The notes under the pieces were generated by a model. That model did no database searches and was not told the origin of the DNA. It saw only the letters and a program-made list of their open reading frames with translations. Source: Pseudonocardia sp. 73-21 (GTDB lineage: Bacteria > Actinomycetota > Actinomycetes > Mycobacteriales > Pseudonocardiaceae). From it: a stretch of 64,000 bases of DNA. This document shows positions 41,225 through 53,290 of this stretch, one piece after another (within the stretch, counting starts at the first letter, position 1; every line of letters starts with the position of its first letter). Location: assembly GCF_001899645.1 (NCBI RefSeq), contig NZ_MKVV01000024.1, forward strand, positions 121,016-185,015, written 5' to 3'. Made by a program: the position numbers and the translations under genes.

Positions 41225-42219
41225 CGTCCACCCCTGACGCCGGGCTCGACGAGCGGGTCGTCGTCGGCGAGCGCGTGCTCGTGCGGCCGGGGGACGGGCA
41301 GGGCCGGGGGCGGTGCGTGCTCGCCGAGCGTCTCCTCCCAGGCATCGACGACGAGCCTGCTGCCGTTGAACGTGACGGGCACCGACAGCCGGATCCAGCA
41401 CGAGGCGAGGCTGCGCCAGCCCCGCCCGGTGGGGGCGGGGGCCGCCGCGGGTGACCCGGCGACCGGGGGATCCGGCTCGGCGGGATCGGGTGTCTCGGAT
41501 GTGTGGTCGCCGACCGACCGGTAGGGCGTGACGCGCACCCGGACGTCGACGAGCACGCGCCCGTCGCCGTCGGGGTGCACGAGCCCCGGTAGCGCGAACT
41601 CCGCGCGTTGGCGGCCCACCCCGGACCAGCCGAGGCGGGCGGGGTCGCTGCCGGCCGAGGACAGGTAGTCGAGCAGGACGCGGCCGCGGCGGGTCGGGTC
41701 GTCCTCGTCCCACGACAGGTAGTCGACGGCGAACGCCCCGGCCAGCGCCGAGGCCTCGGCCGGATCTGGGGTGCGGGCCGGGGTGGGGCCCGACCAGTAA
41801 CCGTCGGCCGGGACCGGCGGGAAGCCGTGGGGATCGGTGGGCGGGTCGAGGTCGGCCCCGGCCGGCCGCGCGGACCGGGTGGCCGGTCCCGGCCACGGCG
41901 CGCCCGCCCCGACGGGAGGAGCAACGCCCCACCCCGGCCCGGGCCGCGCAGATCCGCGTGGCGCAGATCCCGGTGGCGCAGATCCGGGTGGTGCGGAGCC
42001 AGGCGGAACGGACCCGGGGGGAGCCCAACCACGGGGTGCGGCACCGTGCGGGGCGGGACGCGCCGGACCGGCCGTCGGGCGCCCGAAGAGGCGGAAGCGG
42101 GCCACGGCCGTCACCGGAGTACCGGCCGGCGGGGCGGCTGAGCGGGACGTCGAGGCATGGTTCCCCCGTCTGCGGGCATGTGGAACCACATCCACGGCGT
42201 AGGCCGTGGATGCGATCAC
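41221..42219 (-). CDS. TcpC/VirB8-like conjugal-transfer-type protein with a Pro/Gly-rich N-terminus
   Basis: GAFAVDYLSWDEDDP...RVLLDYL...GWSGVGRQRA...VDVRVRV; PPGSA repeats; start uncertain (42219 or GTG 42114). Confidence 0.6.
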   Translation of the reverse strand: MIASTAYAVDVVPHARRRGNHASTSRSAAPPAGTPVTAVARFRLFGRPTAGPARPAPHGAAPRGWAPPGSVPPGSAPPGSAPPGSAPRGSARPGPGWGVAPPVGAGAPWPGPATRSARPAGADLDPPTDPHGFPPVPADGYWSGPTPARTPDPAEASALAGAFAVDYLSWDEDDPTRRGRVLLDYLSSAGSDPARLGWSGVGRQRAEFALPGLVHPDGDGRVLVDVRVRVTPYRSVGDHTSETPDPAEPDPPVAGSPAAAPAPTGRGWRSLASCWIRLSVPVTFNGSRLVVDAWEETLGEHAPPPALPVPRPHEHALADDDPLVEPGVRGGR

Positions 42220-42322
42220 CGGGTGGGGTCGAGCGGATCGGGACCGACAGTAGGAGCGGTCCGGGGCGTCCCGTGGCGGAACGGGAGAACGCTTTGCGAT
42301 CGCGAACGATCGGGTCCCGCGA

Positions 42323-43828
42323 CTAGGTCAGCGGCCAGTCGTGGACGGGCTCGTTGGCCTCGGAGAGCTCCAGGTAGCGGGCGAGCATGCCGCGCAGGGC
42401 GGCCGGGCGGTCGGCGCCGCGCTCCTCGAGCGCGGCCACCATGTCCACCTGCCAGGCGGCGCCCGTGCGCCGGGTGGCGCAGCGGCGTTCGATCACCGAC
42501 AGGTAGCGGTCGATGACGTCGGGGTCCACGCCCCAGCGCGCCAGCCCGTCGGCGGCCTGGGGGAGCAGCTTGCGCAGCACCAGCTCGTCGGGGCGGATCC
42601 AGCCCGAGCCCGGCCAGTACAGCGGGCCGCCCAGCCCGTGGCGGGCGGCGGTGGTGAAGTTCTCCTCCACGGCCTCGAACGACATCGAGCTCCACAGCGG
42701 CCGCTCGGCCTCGACGAGCACGCGCAGCAGGCCGTAGAAGAACAGCGCGTTGGCCACCATGTCGACGGCCGTGGGGCCCGCGGGCAGCACCCGGTTCTCC
42801 ACGCGGACGTGCGGCACCCCGCCCGCGATGTCGTACACGGGCCGGTTCCAGCGCCAGATCGTGCCGTTGTGCAGCCGCAGCTCGTCGAGCTCGGGGACCC
42901 GACCGGCCTCCAGCTCGGCCATCGGGTCGGTGTCCTCGGTGACGGGCATGAGCCCGGGGAAGTAGCGGCCGTTCTCGGTGAACAGGTCCAGCACGGAGGT
43001 GATCCAGCGTTCCCCGAACCACACGCGTGGCCGAACGCCCTGGTTGCGCAGCTCCACCGACCGGACGTCGCACGACTGCTCGAACAGCGGTATGCGCGTC
43101 TCCGCCCAGAGCCGCGACCCCATCAGGAACGGCGAGTTCGCGCCGACGGCCAGCTGCACGCCCGCGAGGCACTGCGCGGCGTTCCAGTAGCTCGCGAACG
43201 AGTCCGGGTGCAGTTGCAGGTGCAGCTGCATCGACGTGCAGGCGGCCTCGGGGGCGATGGAGTCGAAGTCGGCCTGCAGGTGATCGGGTGCGATGGAGTG
43301 CCGGCCGGACGGGTCGTCGCCGGCGATGTCGAGCCGGATCGGTTCACCGCGGGCGCTGAGCATCTGCTCGTTGAGCAGCACGTAGCGGCGGTCGGTGGAC
43401 AGCGCCTCCACGACGAGGTGCTGGTGTTCCAGGGTGGGCAGGATGCCGATCACCGCCAGCTGCGAGCCGCACTCCCGGGCCGAGTTGCGGACCTTGGCCA
43501 GCTCCCCGAGCAGCTGCAGCTCGAGGTGTCGCCACTCGTCGCCGGGCAGCAGCCGGGGCGGCATGTTGAGTTCGAGGTTCCAGCGGCCAAGCTCGGACTG
43601 GAACTCCGCGGCGCCGATGGCGTGCAGGACGTCGTCCCCGGACAGTGACGGGGCGAGGTCGTCGCCGACGAGGTTGAGCTCCACCTCGATGCCGGTCATC
43701 GGTTCGTCGCGCGCGAAGGTGTGCTCGCGGAGCATCACGGCCAGGGTGTCGAGGCACTGCTGGACCTTCACCCGGTAGAGCTGCCGATCGCGTCGACTGA
43801 ACGTGGTCCGGTCGACGTCCTGGCCCAT
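42323..43828 (-). CDS. Glutamate--cysteine ligase family 2 (GCS2) protein
   Basis: MGQDV...TGIEVELNLV, FQSELGRWNLE, EAACTSMQLHLQ, LHNGTIWRWNRPVY and RVENRVLPAGP. Confidence 0.9.
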   Translation of the reverse strand: MGQDVDRTTFSRRDRQLYRVKVQQCLDTLAVMLREHTFARDEPMTGIEVELNLVGDDLAPSLSGDDVLHAIGAAEFQSELGRWNLELNMPPRLLPGDEWRHLELQLLGELAKVRNSARECGSQLAVIGILPTLEHQHLVVEALSTDRRYVLLNEQMLSARGEPIRLDIAGDDPSGRHSIAPDHLQADFDSIAPEAACTSMQLHLQLHPDSFASYWNAAQCLAGVQLAVGANSPFLMGSRLWAETRIPLFEQSCDVRSVELRNQGVRPRVWFGERWITSVLDLFTENGRYFPGLMPVTEDTDPMAELEAGRVPELDELRLHNGTIWRWNRPVYDIAGGVPHVRVENRVLPAGPTAVDMVANALFFYGLLRVLVEAERPLWSSMSFEAVEENFTTAARHGLGGPLYWPGSGWIRPDELVLRKLLPQAADGLARWGVDPDVIDRYLSVIERRCATRRTGAAWQVDMVAALEERGADRPAALRGMLARYLELSEANEPVHDWPLT

Positions 43829-44011
43829 GTAGGTACTGCCTCCTTGCCCGCGGGCCATGGCGATCGTGTCCTCCCGATCCCGCGTACGTTCGCCCGATCG
43901 GGCGGGCTGTCCACCGTGACATACGAGTGATCCCGCCGCTACGGCTGTCCGGATGACGGGGCCGAGTGGCACCCGTGTCGCACACGACCCGGCCTGGGAC
44001 GATGCGGAGTC

Positions 44012-44824
44012 GTGGCCACCATCACTCCCGTCGCCGAGGCGACCGACCCCCGTGTGGACGACTACCGCGACCTCACCGAGGCCGACCGGCGCCCCGACCG
44101 TCCCGGCGGCCGTGGCCTCGTGATCGCCGAGGGTGTCGTCGTGGTGCGCAGGCTGCTTCACTCTCCGTACCCGATCCGGTCGGTGCTGGGGGTGCCCCGG
44201 CGGATCGACGAGCTGGCCGAGGACCTCCGCGTCCACGACGTGCCCGCCTACGCCACGGACGCGGACACGATGGCGACCGTCGTGGGCTTCCACCTCAACC
44301 GCGGTGTGCTCGCCGTCGCGGACCGGGCACCCGCTCCCGACCTGGCCGAGCTGCTCCGCACGGCGAGGGTGCTCGCGGTGCTGGAGGGCGTCGGTGACCA
44401 CGAGAACCTGGGCTCGCTGTTCCGCAACGCCGCCGCGCTCGGCGTCGACGGGGTGCTGCTGGGCCCCCGGTGCTCGGACCCGCTCTACCGGCGCAGCGTG
44501 CGGGTGTCGATGGGGCACGTGCTGCGCGTGCCGTTCACGACGCTGACGGGTCCGTGGCCCGCCTCGCTGGACCTCCTGCGGGCCGCGGGCCTGACGGTGG
44601 CCGCCCTGACGCCCTCGGCGGATGCCGTGCCGCTGGCCCGGGCCGGGCTGGCGGGGCAGCGGGTGGCGCTGCTGCTGGGTGCGGAGGGCCCCGGCCTGAC
44701 CGACGAGGCTCTCGCCGCCGCGGACGTCCGGGTCCGGATCCCCATGGCCTCGGGCGTGGACTCTCTCAATGTGGCAACGGCCGCGGCTGTCGCCTTCCAC
44801 ACCGTGGCGTCGCCCGTAGGCTGA
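44012..44824 (+). CDS. TrmH/SpoU family RNA methyltransferase
   Basis: LEGVGDHENLGSLFRNAAALG, LLGAEGPGL and VRIPMASGVDSLNVA. Confidence 0.95.
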   Translation: MATITPVAEATDPRVDDYRDLTEADRRPDRPGGRGLVIAEGVVVVRRLLHSPYPIRSVLGVPRRIDELAEDLRVHDVPAYATDADTMATVVGFHLNRGVLAVADRAPAPDLAELLRTARVLAVLEGVGDHENLGSLFRNAAALGVDGVLLGPRCSDPLYRRSVRVSMGHVLRVPFTTLTGPWPASLDLLRAAGLTVAALTPSADAVPLARAGLAGQRVALLLGAEGPGLTDEALAAADVRVRIPMASGVDSLNVATAAAVAFHTVASPVG

Positions 44825-44829
44825 CCGGC

Positions 44830-45363
44830 GTGCTCGGGGAACGGCAGCCAGGCGATCCGCAGCTGCCCGGTGACCTGCGGGCCGCGCTGCAGGAGTGGTC
44901 GACGTTCGCCACGGCCGCCACCCGGTCGGGCCGCGCCGAGGAGCTCCAGCTCGTGCGTCGCCGCGGCCGGCAGCTCGCCTCGCGGGTGGCGGACGTCCTG
45001 GGCCGGCCGGTCGACCTGATCGACCCGGTCACCGGCGCCGTCGAGTCGGTGCAGGTGGGCGCGGTCACGGGGCCGATCCCGCGGCTGGCGCCGGAACCGG
45101 TCGGGCCGACGCCGTGGTCCACAGGGCTCGCGGTGGCGGCGTTCTTCGCCGTGTTCGTGGCCATCGCCGACGTGGTGCTCAGCCGGTCGTTCGCCGAGGC
45201 GTTCGGGCTGCTGTGGGTGCCGGCCAACCTGCTGGTGGGGCTGGGCCTGTCCCCGTCGCTGTGGCTGGTGCGCCGCACGCCGTTCTGGCGCTGGCCGGCG
45301 TTGGGCGCGACGGTGGGGTTGGGCGTGGCCTGGGTGGTGCTGCTGCTCGGCCTGTTGGGCTAG
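44830..45363 (+). CDS. DUF2537 family membrane protein
   Basis: PTPWSTGLAVAAF...PSLWLVRRTPFWRWPALG; follows TrmH as in mycobacteria. Confidence 0.78.
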   Translation: MLGERQPGDPQLPGDLRAALQEWSTFATAATRSGRAEELQLVRRRGRQLASRVADVLGRPVDLIDPVTGAVESVQVGAVTGPIPRLAPEPVGPTPWSTGLAVAAFFAVFVAIADVVLSRSFAEAFGLLWVPANLLVGLGLSPSLWLVRRTPFWRWPALGATVGLGVAWVVLLLGLLG

Positions 45364-45472
45364 CAGCCGGTTCACCCTGACCGTCGCCGTGCCCGTATTC
45401 TCGGACACCCGGTGGCTCGCGTCCGCGCGCCGGATGCGAGTTCCGCGCGCGAACAGGCGTCACGCGCGGGCC

Positions 45473-46750
45473 TCAGCGCTGGCCGCGGACGCCCAGCAGA
45501 ACCTCGTCCCACGAGGGCATGACCGGCTTGCCCTTCTTCGTGCGGCGGGCCGCAGGGGCGGCCTCGGGCTCGGCCGGGGTGTCTGCTGCCGCGGGCGCCT
45601 CGGATTCCGGGCGGGGCTCGGTCTTCGGGGCGGGCGGCTGCGTGACAGGGGTCTGGACCGCGGGCTGCTGGGGGGCAGCGGGCGGGGTGGGCGCGGGCGT
45701 CGTGGCCGGGGGCGCGGTCGGCTCCGACTGACGGACCGGCTCCGACTGACGGACCGGCTCCGACTGACGGACCGGCTCCGACTCACGGACCGGCTCCGGC
45801 TGACGGACCGGCTCGGGCTGCCGCGGCGCCGGGGGCTCCGGCCGACGGGGCTCGGGAGCCGTGCGTGCCGGAGCCCGTTCGACCGTCGTCCGGGCCTCCG
45901 GGGCGGGGCTGCGGACTTCGGGGCTGCGGGTCTCGGCCGTCCGGTTCTCGGCGGTGCGCGGCTCGGCGGTGCGCGGCTCGGCGGTGCGGGCCTCGGCGGT
46001 GCGGGCCTCGGGCGCGCGGACGCCGTCGTTCCAGCCCTCGACCCGGACGCCGCGGGCCGGGTCCGTCGCGGTGGCGCGCAGCTCCTCGACCGGGCCGGGA
46101 CCGGTGGGGTTCTCGTCCTGCCGGGCGATGTCGATCACCGGGCCGACGGTGCGCAGCGGGCGGGCCGGCAGGCCCTCCACCAGGTCGGACGCGTGCTCGT
46201 CGACGGCCGTGACCGTGCCGCCGTGCGCCCCGGGCTGGAACGTCCAGTGCGCACGGTTGTCGGAGCGGCCGGCGCGCCAGGACAGCGAGACGACCCAGCG
46301 GCCGTCCTCGCCCTTCCAGGAGTCCCACTCGGCGTCGGTGTACTCCTGGCCGCGCAGGCCGAACGTGTGGGCGACGACGTCGCCGAGCATCCGGGAGTCG
46401 GGCCCGTCGGCGCGGACGGGGTGGGCGCGCTGGGCGACCTCCGCCGTGCGCGAGCGCTCGAGCAGAACCGGGTAGGCGAAGCGTTCGATCTTCTGCTGCG
46501 GAACGCCGGCCGCCGAGGCGACCTGCTCCACGGACGCTCCGGCGCGGATACGGGCCTGGATCTCACGTGGACGCAACTGGCTCTCCAACTCGATCGCGAT
46601 CTGTCCGAGCCGGGTCAGGTCCCCCCGGGCGGCAGCGCGGAGCTGCTCGTCGGCCGTGACGGTGAAGCGCTCTCGACGGCCCGGGTCCTCGAGGACGACG
46701 GACAGCTCACCGTCGCCCTCGGTGATCCCGACGACCCGCAGCGCCCGCAT
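45473..46750 (-). CDS. sepH: Septation protein SepH (DUF3071)
   Basis: MRALRVVG, LRPREIQARIRAGAS, IERFAYPVLLER and C-terminal KGKPVMPSWDEVLLGVR; next to serC. Confidence 0.9.
   Translation of the reverse strand: MRALRVVGITEGDGELSVVLEDPGRRERFTVTADEQLRAAARGDLTRLGQIAIELESQLRPREIQARIRAGASVEQVASAAGVPQQKIERFAYPVLLERSRTAEVAQRAHPVRADGPDSRMLGDVVAHTFGLRGQEYTDAEWDSWKGEDGRWVVSLSWRAGRSDNRAHWTFQPGAHGGTVTAVDEHASDLVEGLPARPLRTVGPVIDIARQDENPTGPGPVEELRATATDPARGVRVEGWNDGVRAPEARTAEARTAEPRTAEPRTAENRTAETRSPEVRSPAPEARTTVERAPARTAPEPRRPEPPAPRQPEPVRQPEPVRESEPVRQSEPVRQSEPVRQSEPTAPPATTPAPTPPAAPQQPAVQTPVTQPPAPKTEPRPESEAPAAADTPAEPEAAPAARRTKKGKPVMPSWDEVLLGVRGQR
45720..45815. repeat. 18-bp tandem repeat x5 (EPVRQS/EPVRQP) in the sepH linker
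   Basis: GGCTCCGACTGACGGACC units at 45720, 45738, 45756, 45774 and 45792; separate 15-bp (AEART/AEPRT) repeats around 45930-46015. Confidence 0.88.
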
Positions 46751-46939
46751 CGGCGGCCTCCCCGCTCTCTTTTCCCCGTCCGGGTGACGGTAGTTGTCGA
46801 ACCGCAACCCGCGACGGAGGCGCGCCGGGGCGGGAGAACCGCCCCGACGAGGGAAAAGTGCTAGACCCGCCCCCGCCGCACACGCAGCGTGTCATGTTGA
46901 TCGCATTTGGTAAAGCTGGGGCTGGTGTTACTGGTGTGA

Positions 46940-48560
<1,621 letters not shown>

Positions 48561-48704
48561 GGGCGGTGGGAGCGGTTTGTCCACCGTTCGACGGACGCCC
48601 GGACCCGTCACCGTCGGTGTTTCGGGCGAAATGCCGCCGCGGGTGCCGGTGGAGCTGCAAGGATGCGGTGATCACGAGCTGAAGCCAGGGGGGCCAGGCA
48701 GATC

Positions 48705-49979
48705 ATGACGGACACACCCGATCGAGCCGGACCGGAGCGCGAGCCCGACCGCGACGACGACGCCACGCCGCCGCAGGGGACGCCGGCGCAGGTGGCGCAG
48801 GATCCGTCCGTGAAGGAGCCGTCCGCGCCGTCCGGGGCGCCGCCGGGCTACGGCCCCCCGCCCGGTTACGGATCACCACCCGGTCATGGCGGCCCGCCCG
48901 CGCCGGGCTACGGCCCCCAACCCGGCTGCGGCGGCTACGGCGGCCAGCCGGCCTACGGCGCGCAGCCGGGCTACGGGCTGCAGCCCGGTTACCCGGCGCC
49001 CGGCTACGGGGCGGCGCCCGGTCAGCCCCCGGGTGGGATCGTGCCCCTGGCCCCGTTGGGGATCGGCCAGATCCTCGGCGGCGCCTTCGGCTACATCCGG
49101 GCGAACCCCGTCTCGACGCTGGTCGCGGCGGCCCTGATCTTCGTGGTCGCCGCCGTGGTCCAGGGGCTGGCGCAGGTCCTGCCCGCGCTGGCCGTCGGCG
49201 GGTCGATCCGCAGCGCCGGGTCCGCGGTGGGTGCGGTGGGGGTGTCGCTGCTCGCGTCGCTGGCCGGCGCCGTCGTCAGCCTGCTGGCGTCCGCGCTGGT
49301 CACCGGCGTGCTGCTGGTGGTGCTGCGGCGGGCCCTGCTGGGCCGGCGCACGTCACCGGGCGAGGCCTGGCGGGGCGCGACCAGGCGGGTGTGGGGCCTC
49401 GTCGGGGCGAACCTGCTGGTGGGCCTCATCATCGGCGGCATCGCGACGGTCGGAATCCTCCTGGCGTTCATCATCGGGATCGCGGGCCGCAACTCCGGTG
49501 GTGTGATCGCCGTGGCGGTGGTGGTCGGGCTCGCGGTGCTGGTCGTGGTGGTGTACCTGGCGGTGCTGCTGTCGATGACGCCCGCGGCCTACATGATGGA
49601 GGACATCGGCGTCACCACGGCGCTCGGACGGTCCCGGGCGCTGGTCCGCGGGAGCTGGTGGCGGATCCTCGGGATCCAGCTGCTGGCCGGCATCGTGCTG
49701 GGGGCGATCGCCCTGGTGATCTTCCTGATCCTCGGTGCGCTCTTCGGCGTCAGCCTCGGTTCGCTCGCGCGGGGCGGCTCCGGGCTCTCCGTGACGGGTG
49801 CGGTGCTCACCGGGAGCGCACTGGCGATCTTCATCGTCGTCGCCGGCACGTTCTTCACCCCGTTCGTCACGGGCATCACCGGCCTGCTCTACACCGACCA
49901 GCGGATCCGCCGCGAGCGCTTCGACCTGGAACTGGCCGCCCGCGCCGCCGGACAGACGGGGCCTGGACAGCCCTGGTAG
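48705..49979 (+). CDS. Integral membrane protein with a Pro/Gly/Tyr-rich N-terminus
   Basis: PGYG repeats, GIVPLAPLGIGQILGGAF, about 6 TM segments and LLYTDQRIRRERFD. Confidence 0.8.
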   Translation: MTDTPDRAGPEREPDRDDDATPPQGTPAQVAQDPSVKEPSAPSGAPPGYGPPPGYGSPPGHGGPPAPGYGPQPGCGGYGGQPAYGAQPGYGLQPGYPAPGYGAAPGQPPGGIVPLAPLGIGQILGGAFGYIRANPVSTLVAAALIFVVAAVVQGLAQVLPALAVGGSIRSAGSAVGAVGVSLLASLAGAVVSLLASALVTGVLLVVLRRALLGRRTSPGEAWRGATRRVWGLVGANLLVGLIIGGIATVGILLAFIIGIAGRNSGGVIAVAVVVGLAVLVVVVYLAVLLSMTPAAYMMEDIGVTTALGRSRALVRGSWWRILGIQLLAGIVLGAIALVIFLILGALFGVSLGSLARGGSGLSVTGAVLTGSALAIFIVVAGTFFTPFVTGITGLLYTDQRIRRERFDLELAARAAGQTGPGQPW

Positions 49980-49999
49980 TTCCCATCATGCTGGGTAGT

Positions 50000-51070
50000 G
50001 TGAAGCAACTCAGGATCCACCCGGCGGGGTGGGCCGCGGCCGTCACCTTCCTGGCGCTGGTCGGCGCGGCCGGGTTCCGGGCCGTGCCGGGTGTCCTGAT
50101 GGACCCGCTGCACCAGGAGTTCGGCTGGTCGGTGAGCACCATCTCCGCGGCGGTGGCCGTCAACATGGCGCTCTACGGACTCACATCACCGTTCGCTGCG
50201 GCGCTGATGGAGCGCTTCGGCATCCGTAAGGTCGTCACCGCCGCGCTGCTCGTCGTCTCGGCGGGCAGCGGGCTGACGGTGTTCATGACGGCGAGCTGGC
50301 AGCTGATCCTCTGCTGGGGCGTGCTGGTCGGGCTGGGCACCGGCTCCATGGCCCTCGCCCTGGTCGCGACGGTCACCGGGCGCTGGTTCGTGAAGCGCCG
50401 CGGGCTCGTCTCCGGGGTCCTGACGGCGGGCGGGGCGGCGGGCCAGCTCGTGTTCCTGCCGCTCATCGCGTGGGTGGCCACCACCTACGGCTGGCGGCCG
50501 GCCGCGCTCGGCGTCGCGTTCGCGGCACTGGCCGTCGCGCCGTTCGTCGTGTGGCTGCTGCGGGACTCGCCCGCGGACGTCGGCGCTCTGCCCTACGGCG
50601 GCACGGAGGCCGACGTCGTGGTGCCCGTGCGGGTCGGCGCGGGCCGGATCGCGATCCGCGGCCTGGTGGAGGCGGCCCGCGCCAGGCCGTTCTGGTACCT
50701 GGCCGCGGGCATGATGATCTGCGGTGCCACCACGATGGGCCTGATCCAGCCGCATTTCATTCCCGCGGCCCACGACCACGGCATGCCGGTGACCATGGCG
50801 GCGAGCCTGCTGGCGGTGGTCGGGCTGTGCGACATCGCCGGCACGATCGCGTCGGGCTGGCTCACCGACCGCATCGACCCGCGGCTGCTGGTGTTCGCGA
50901 GCCACCAGATCGGGGCGGCCCTGATGGCGCTGGCCGCGGGCGTTGTGCGCGACCAGCTGCACTCCTACGACGCGGCCTGGTACGCGGGCGGGGCCCTGTG
51001 CGTGCTGGCCGGCGGGCTGTCGTTGCTGGTCACGAGAGGTCGTGCGCGGATATCAGTGCCGGGGCACTGA
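50000..51070 (+). pseudogene. MFS transporter with an apparent in-frame internal deletion (~60 aa)
   Basis: The open ORF has ~356 aa; GWLTDRIDPRLL is joined directly to VFASHQIGAA, and the intervening TM helices typical of this family are absent. Confidence 0.65.
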
Positions 51071-51089
51071 TATCCGCGCACGAGCGGCG

Positions 51090-52247
51090 TCAGCCGTGCT
51101 GGATCTCGCCCCAGCCCTCGACGGCCTCGGGCTTGCGCGGCGCCGGGCCGATGTACTGGGCCGACGGACGCACGAGCTTGTTCTCACGCTTCTGCTCCAT
51201 GATGTGCGCCGACCAGCCCGCCGTACGGGCGCTCGTGAACATCGCGGGCATCATGTGCGGCGGCACCTCGGCGAAGTCGAGGATCACCGCCGCCCAGAAC
51301 TCGACGTTGGTCTCGATGGGGTGGTCGGGGCGCCGCTCGCGCAGCTCCGCCAGTGCCGCCTGCTCCAGCGCGACCGCCACCTCGTAGCGCGGGGCCTTGA
51401 GCTCCTGGCAGGTGCGGCGCAGCACGCGGGCGCGGGGGTCCTCGGCGCGGTAGACCCGGTGCCCGAAGCCCATGAGCTTCTCCTTGCGGTCGAGGATGCC
51501 CTTGACCAGCGCGGTCGGGTCCTCGGTGCGCTCGGTCTCGGTCAGCATCGGCAGCACGCGGGCCGGGGCACCGCCGTGCAGCGGGCCGGACATCGCGCCG
51601 ATGGCACCCGACAGCGACGCCGCGACGTCGGCACCCGTGGAGGCGATGACGCGCGCGGTGAAGGTGGAGGCGTTCATGCCGTGCTCGGCGGCCGAGACCC
51701 AGTAGGCGTCGACGGCCTTGACGTGGGCCGGGTCGGGCTCGCCGCGCCAGCGCGTCATGAAGCGCTCGGTGATGGTGGTGCTCTCGTCGATGCGCTTCTG
51801 CGGCACCGCGGGCACGCCGATGCCGCGGGCGGACTGCGCGACGTAGGACAGCGCCATCACCGACGCGCGGGCGAGGTTGTCGCGGGCGTCGGAGTCGGAG
51901 ATGTCGAGCAGCGGGCGGTAGCCCCAGTACGGCGCGAGCATGGCCAGCGCGGCCTGGACGTCGACGCGCACGTCACCGGTGTGCACCGGGATCGGGAACG
52001 GGTCCGCCGGGGGCAGGCCCGGGCCGAAGCGGCCGTCGACCAGCAGCGCCCAGACGTTGCCGAAGGTGACCCTGCCGACGAGGTCCTCGATGTCGACGCC
52101 GCGGTAGCGCAGTGCGCCGCCGTCCTTGTCGGGCTCGGCGATCTGGGTCCGGAAGGCCACGTGGCCCTCGAGACCAGACTTGAAACCGGGTGGCGGCGGG
52201 GGTACCGCGTCGTCGGTGGTGGACGGGGCGGTAGGCGCAGCGGTCAC
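51090..52247 (-). CDS. citA: Citrate synthase 2
   Basis: FKSGLEG, LRYRGVDIEDL, AEHGMNASTF, GPLHGGA and MGFGHRVYRAEDPR; GAGGAGG RBS before GTG 52247. Confidence 0.95.
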   Translation of the reverse strand: MTAAPTAPSTTDDAVPPPPPGFKSGLEGHVAFRTQIAEPDKDGGALRYRGVDIEDLVGRVTFGNVWALLVDGRFGPGLPPADPFPIPVHTGDVRVDVQAALAMLAPYWGYRPLLDISDSDARDNLARASVMALSYVAQSARGIGVPAVPQKRIDESTTITERFMTRWRGEPDPAHVKAVDAYWVSAAEHGMNASTFTARVIASTGADVAASLSGAIGAMSGPLHGGAPARVLPMLTETERTEDPTALVKGILDRKEKLMGFGHRVYRAEDPRARVLRRTCQELKAPRYEVAVALEQAALAELRERRPDHPIETNVEFWAAVILDFAEVPPHMMPAMFTSARTAGWSAHIMEQKRENKLVRPSAQYIGPAPRKPEAVEGWGEIQHG

Positions 52248-52401
52248 CGCGACCTCCTCATCGTGGTCGGTGGTTGGCGTCACCATGCCCCGGTGACCCG
52301 CTCGCTGCAACGGTGCAGGTGGGTGGCATCGGTCACCGGCGTTGTCCGGAAGGACACGGGGGACATACGGTCATGGGCCGACCACAGGCTAGGGGGTTCC
52401 A

Positions 52402-53055
52402 ATGGCGGAGCGGCAGCTGGCCGGGATGCGGGTCGACTACCGCACCGAGGGCTTCGACGTGGACGCGCTCGCGCCCACCTGGCACGAGCAGCTCGCGAAC
52501 TGGCTCGCCGAGGCCGAGGCGGCCGGGGTGGCCGAGGCGAACGCGATGGTGCTGGCCACCGCCACCCAGGACGGGCGGCCGTCGTCGCGCACCGTGCTGT
52601 GCAAGGGCCTCGACGAGCGCGGCGTCGTGTTCTACACCAACTACACCTCGGCGAAGAGCCGCGACCTGCGCAACACCCGCTACGCGTCGGTCACCTTCCC
52701 CTGGTACCTGCAGCACCGGCAGGTGCACGTCCGCGGCGTCGTCGAGGAGGTGTCCCCGGCGGAGACGCAGGCCTACTGGGACTCCCGCCCGCGGGGTTCC
52801 CAGCTGGGGGCCTGGGCGTCGGCGCAGTCGGTGGTGGTGCGCGACCGCCGCGCGCTCGACGACGCGCTGGCCGGCGTCACCCAGCGCTTCGCCGACGACG
52901 AGACCGTGCCGGTGCCCCAGCACTGGGGTGGCTGGCGGATCAGGCCCGACGAGGTGGAGTTCTGGCAGGGCCGCACCAACCGCATGCACGACCGGCTGCG
53001 TTTCGTCGTCGACGTGCACGACCGCAGCTGGACGGTCCGGCGCCTCGCGCCGTGA
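52402..53055 (+). CDS. pdxH: Pyridoxamine 5'-phosphate oxidase
   Basis: [25 protein letters not shown] and [13 protein letters not shown]. Confidence 0.96.
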   Translation: MAERQLAGMRVDYRTEGFDVDALAPTWHEQLANWLAEAEAAGVAEANAMVLATATQDGRPSSRTVLCKGLDERGVVFYTNYTSAKSRDLRNTRYASVTFPWYLQHRQVHVRGVVEEVSPAETQAYWDSRPRGSQLGAWASAQSVVVRDRRALDDALAGVTQRFADDETVPVPQHWGGWRIRPDEVEFWQGRTNRMHDRLRFVVDVHDRSWTVRRLAP

Positions 53056-53290
53056 TCGGCTCTCCGGTGATGATCCGCCCACGCCCTCCCACCGCCGCAT
53101 CGTCACGGCACCGGCCGCCGGGCTCGTCGGGGCGCGGCTGTTCCTGGCCCCCCGCCGTGGCGTTCGCCGACCGAACCGCCTGTCCGGCGGGGTCGTCGTG
53201 CGGGACACCGCGGGTCCGGGCCCGGGCGTGACGCTCGCCCACTGATCGCCGCGGACGCGCGGACGGTGGCCGAAGTGGTAGTTCTGATGG

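Noticed and set aside
43916-43931. GlnR-like box GTGAC-N6-GTGAT upstream of the GCS2 gene
   Set aside because: A single degenerate site, expected by chance.
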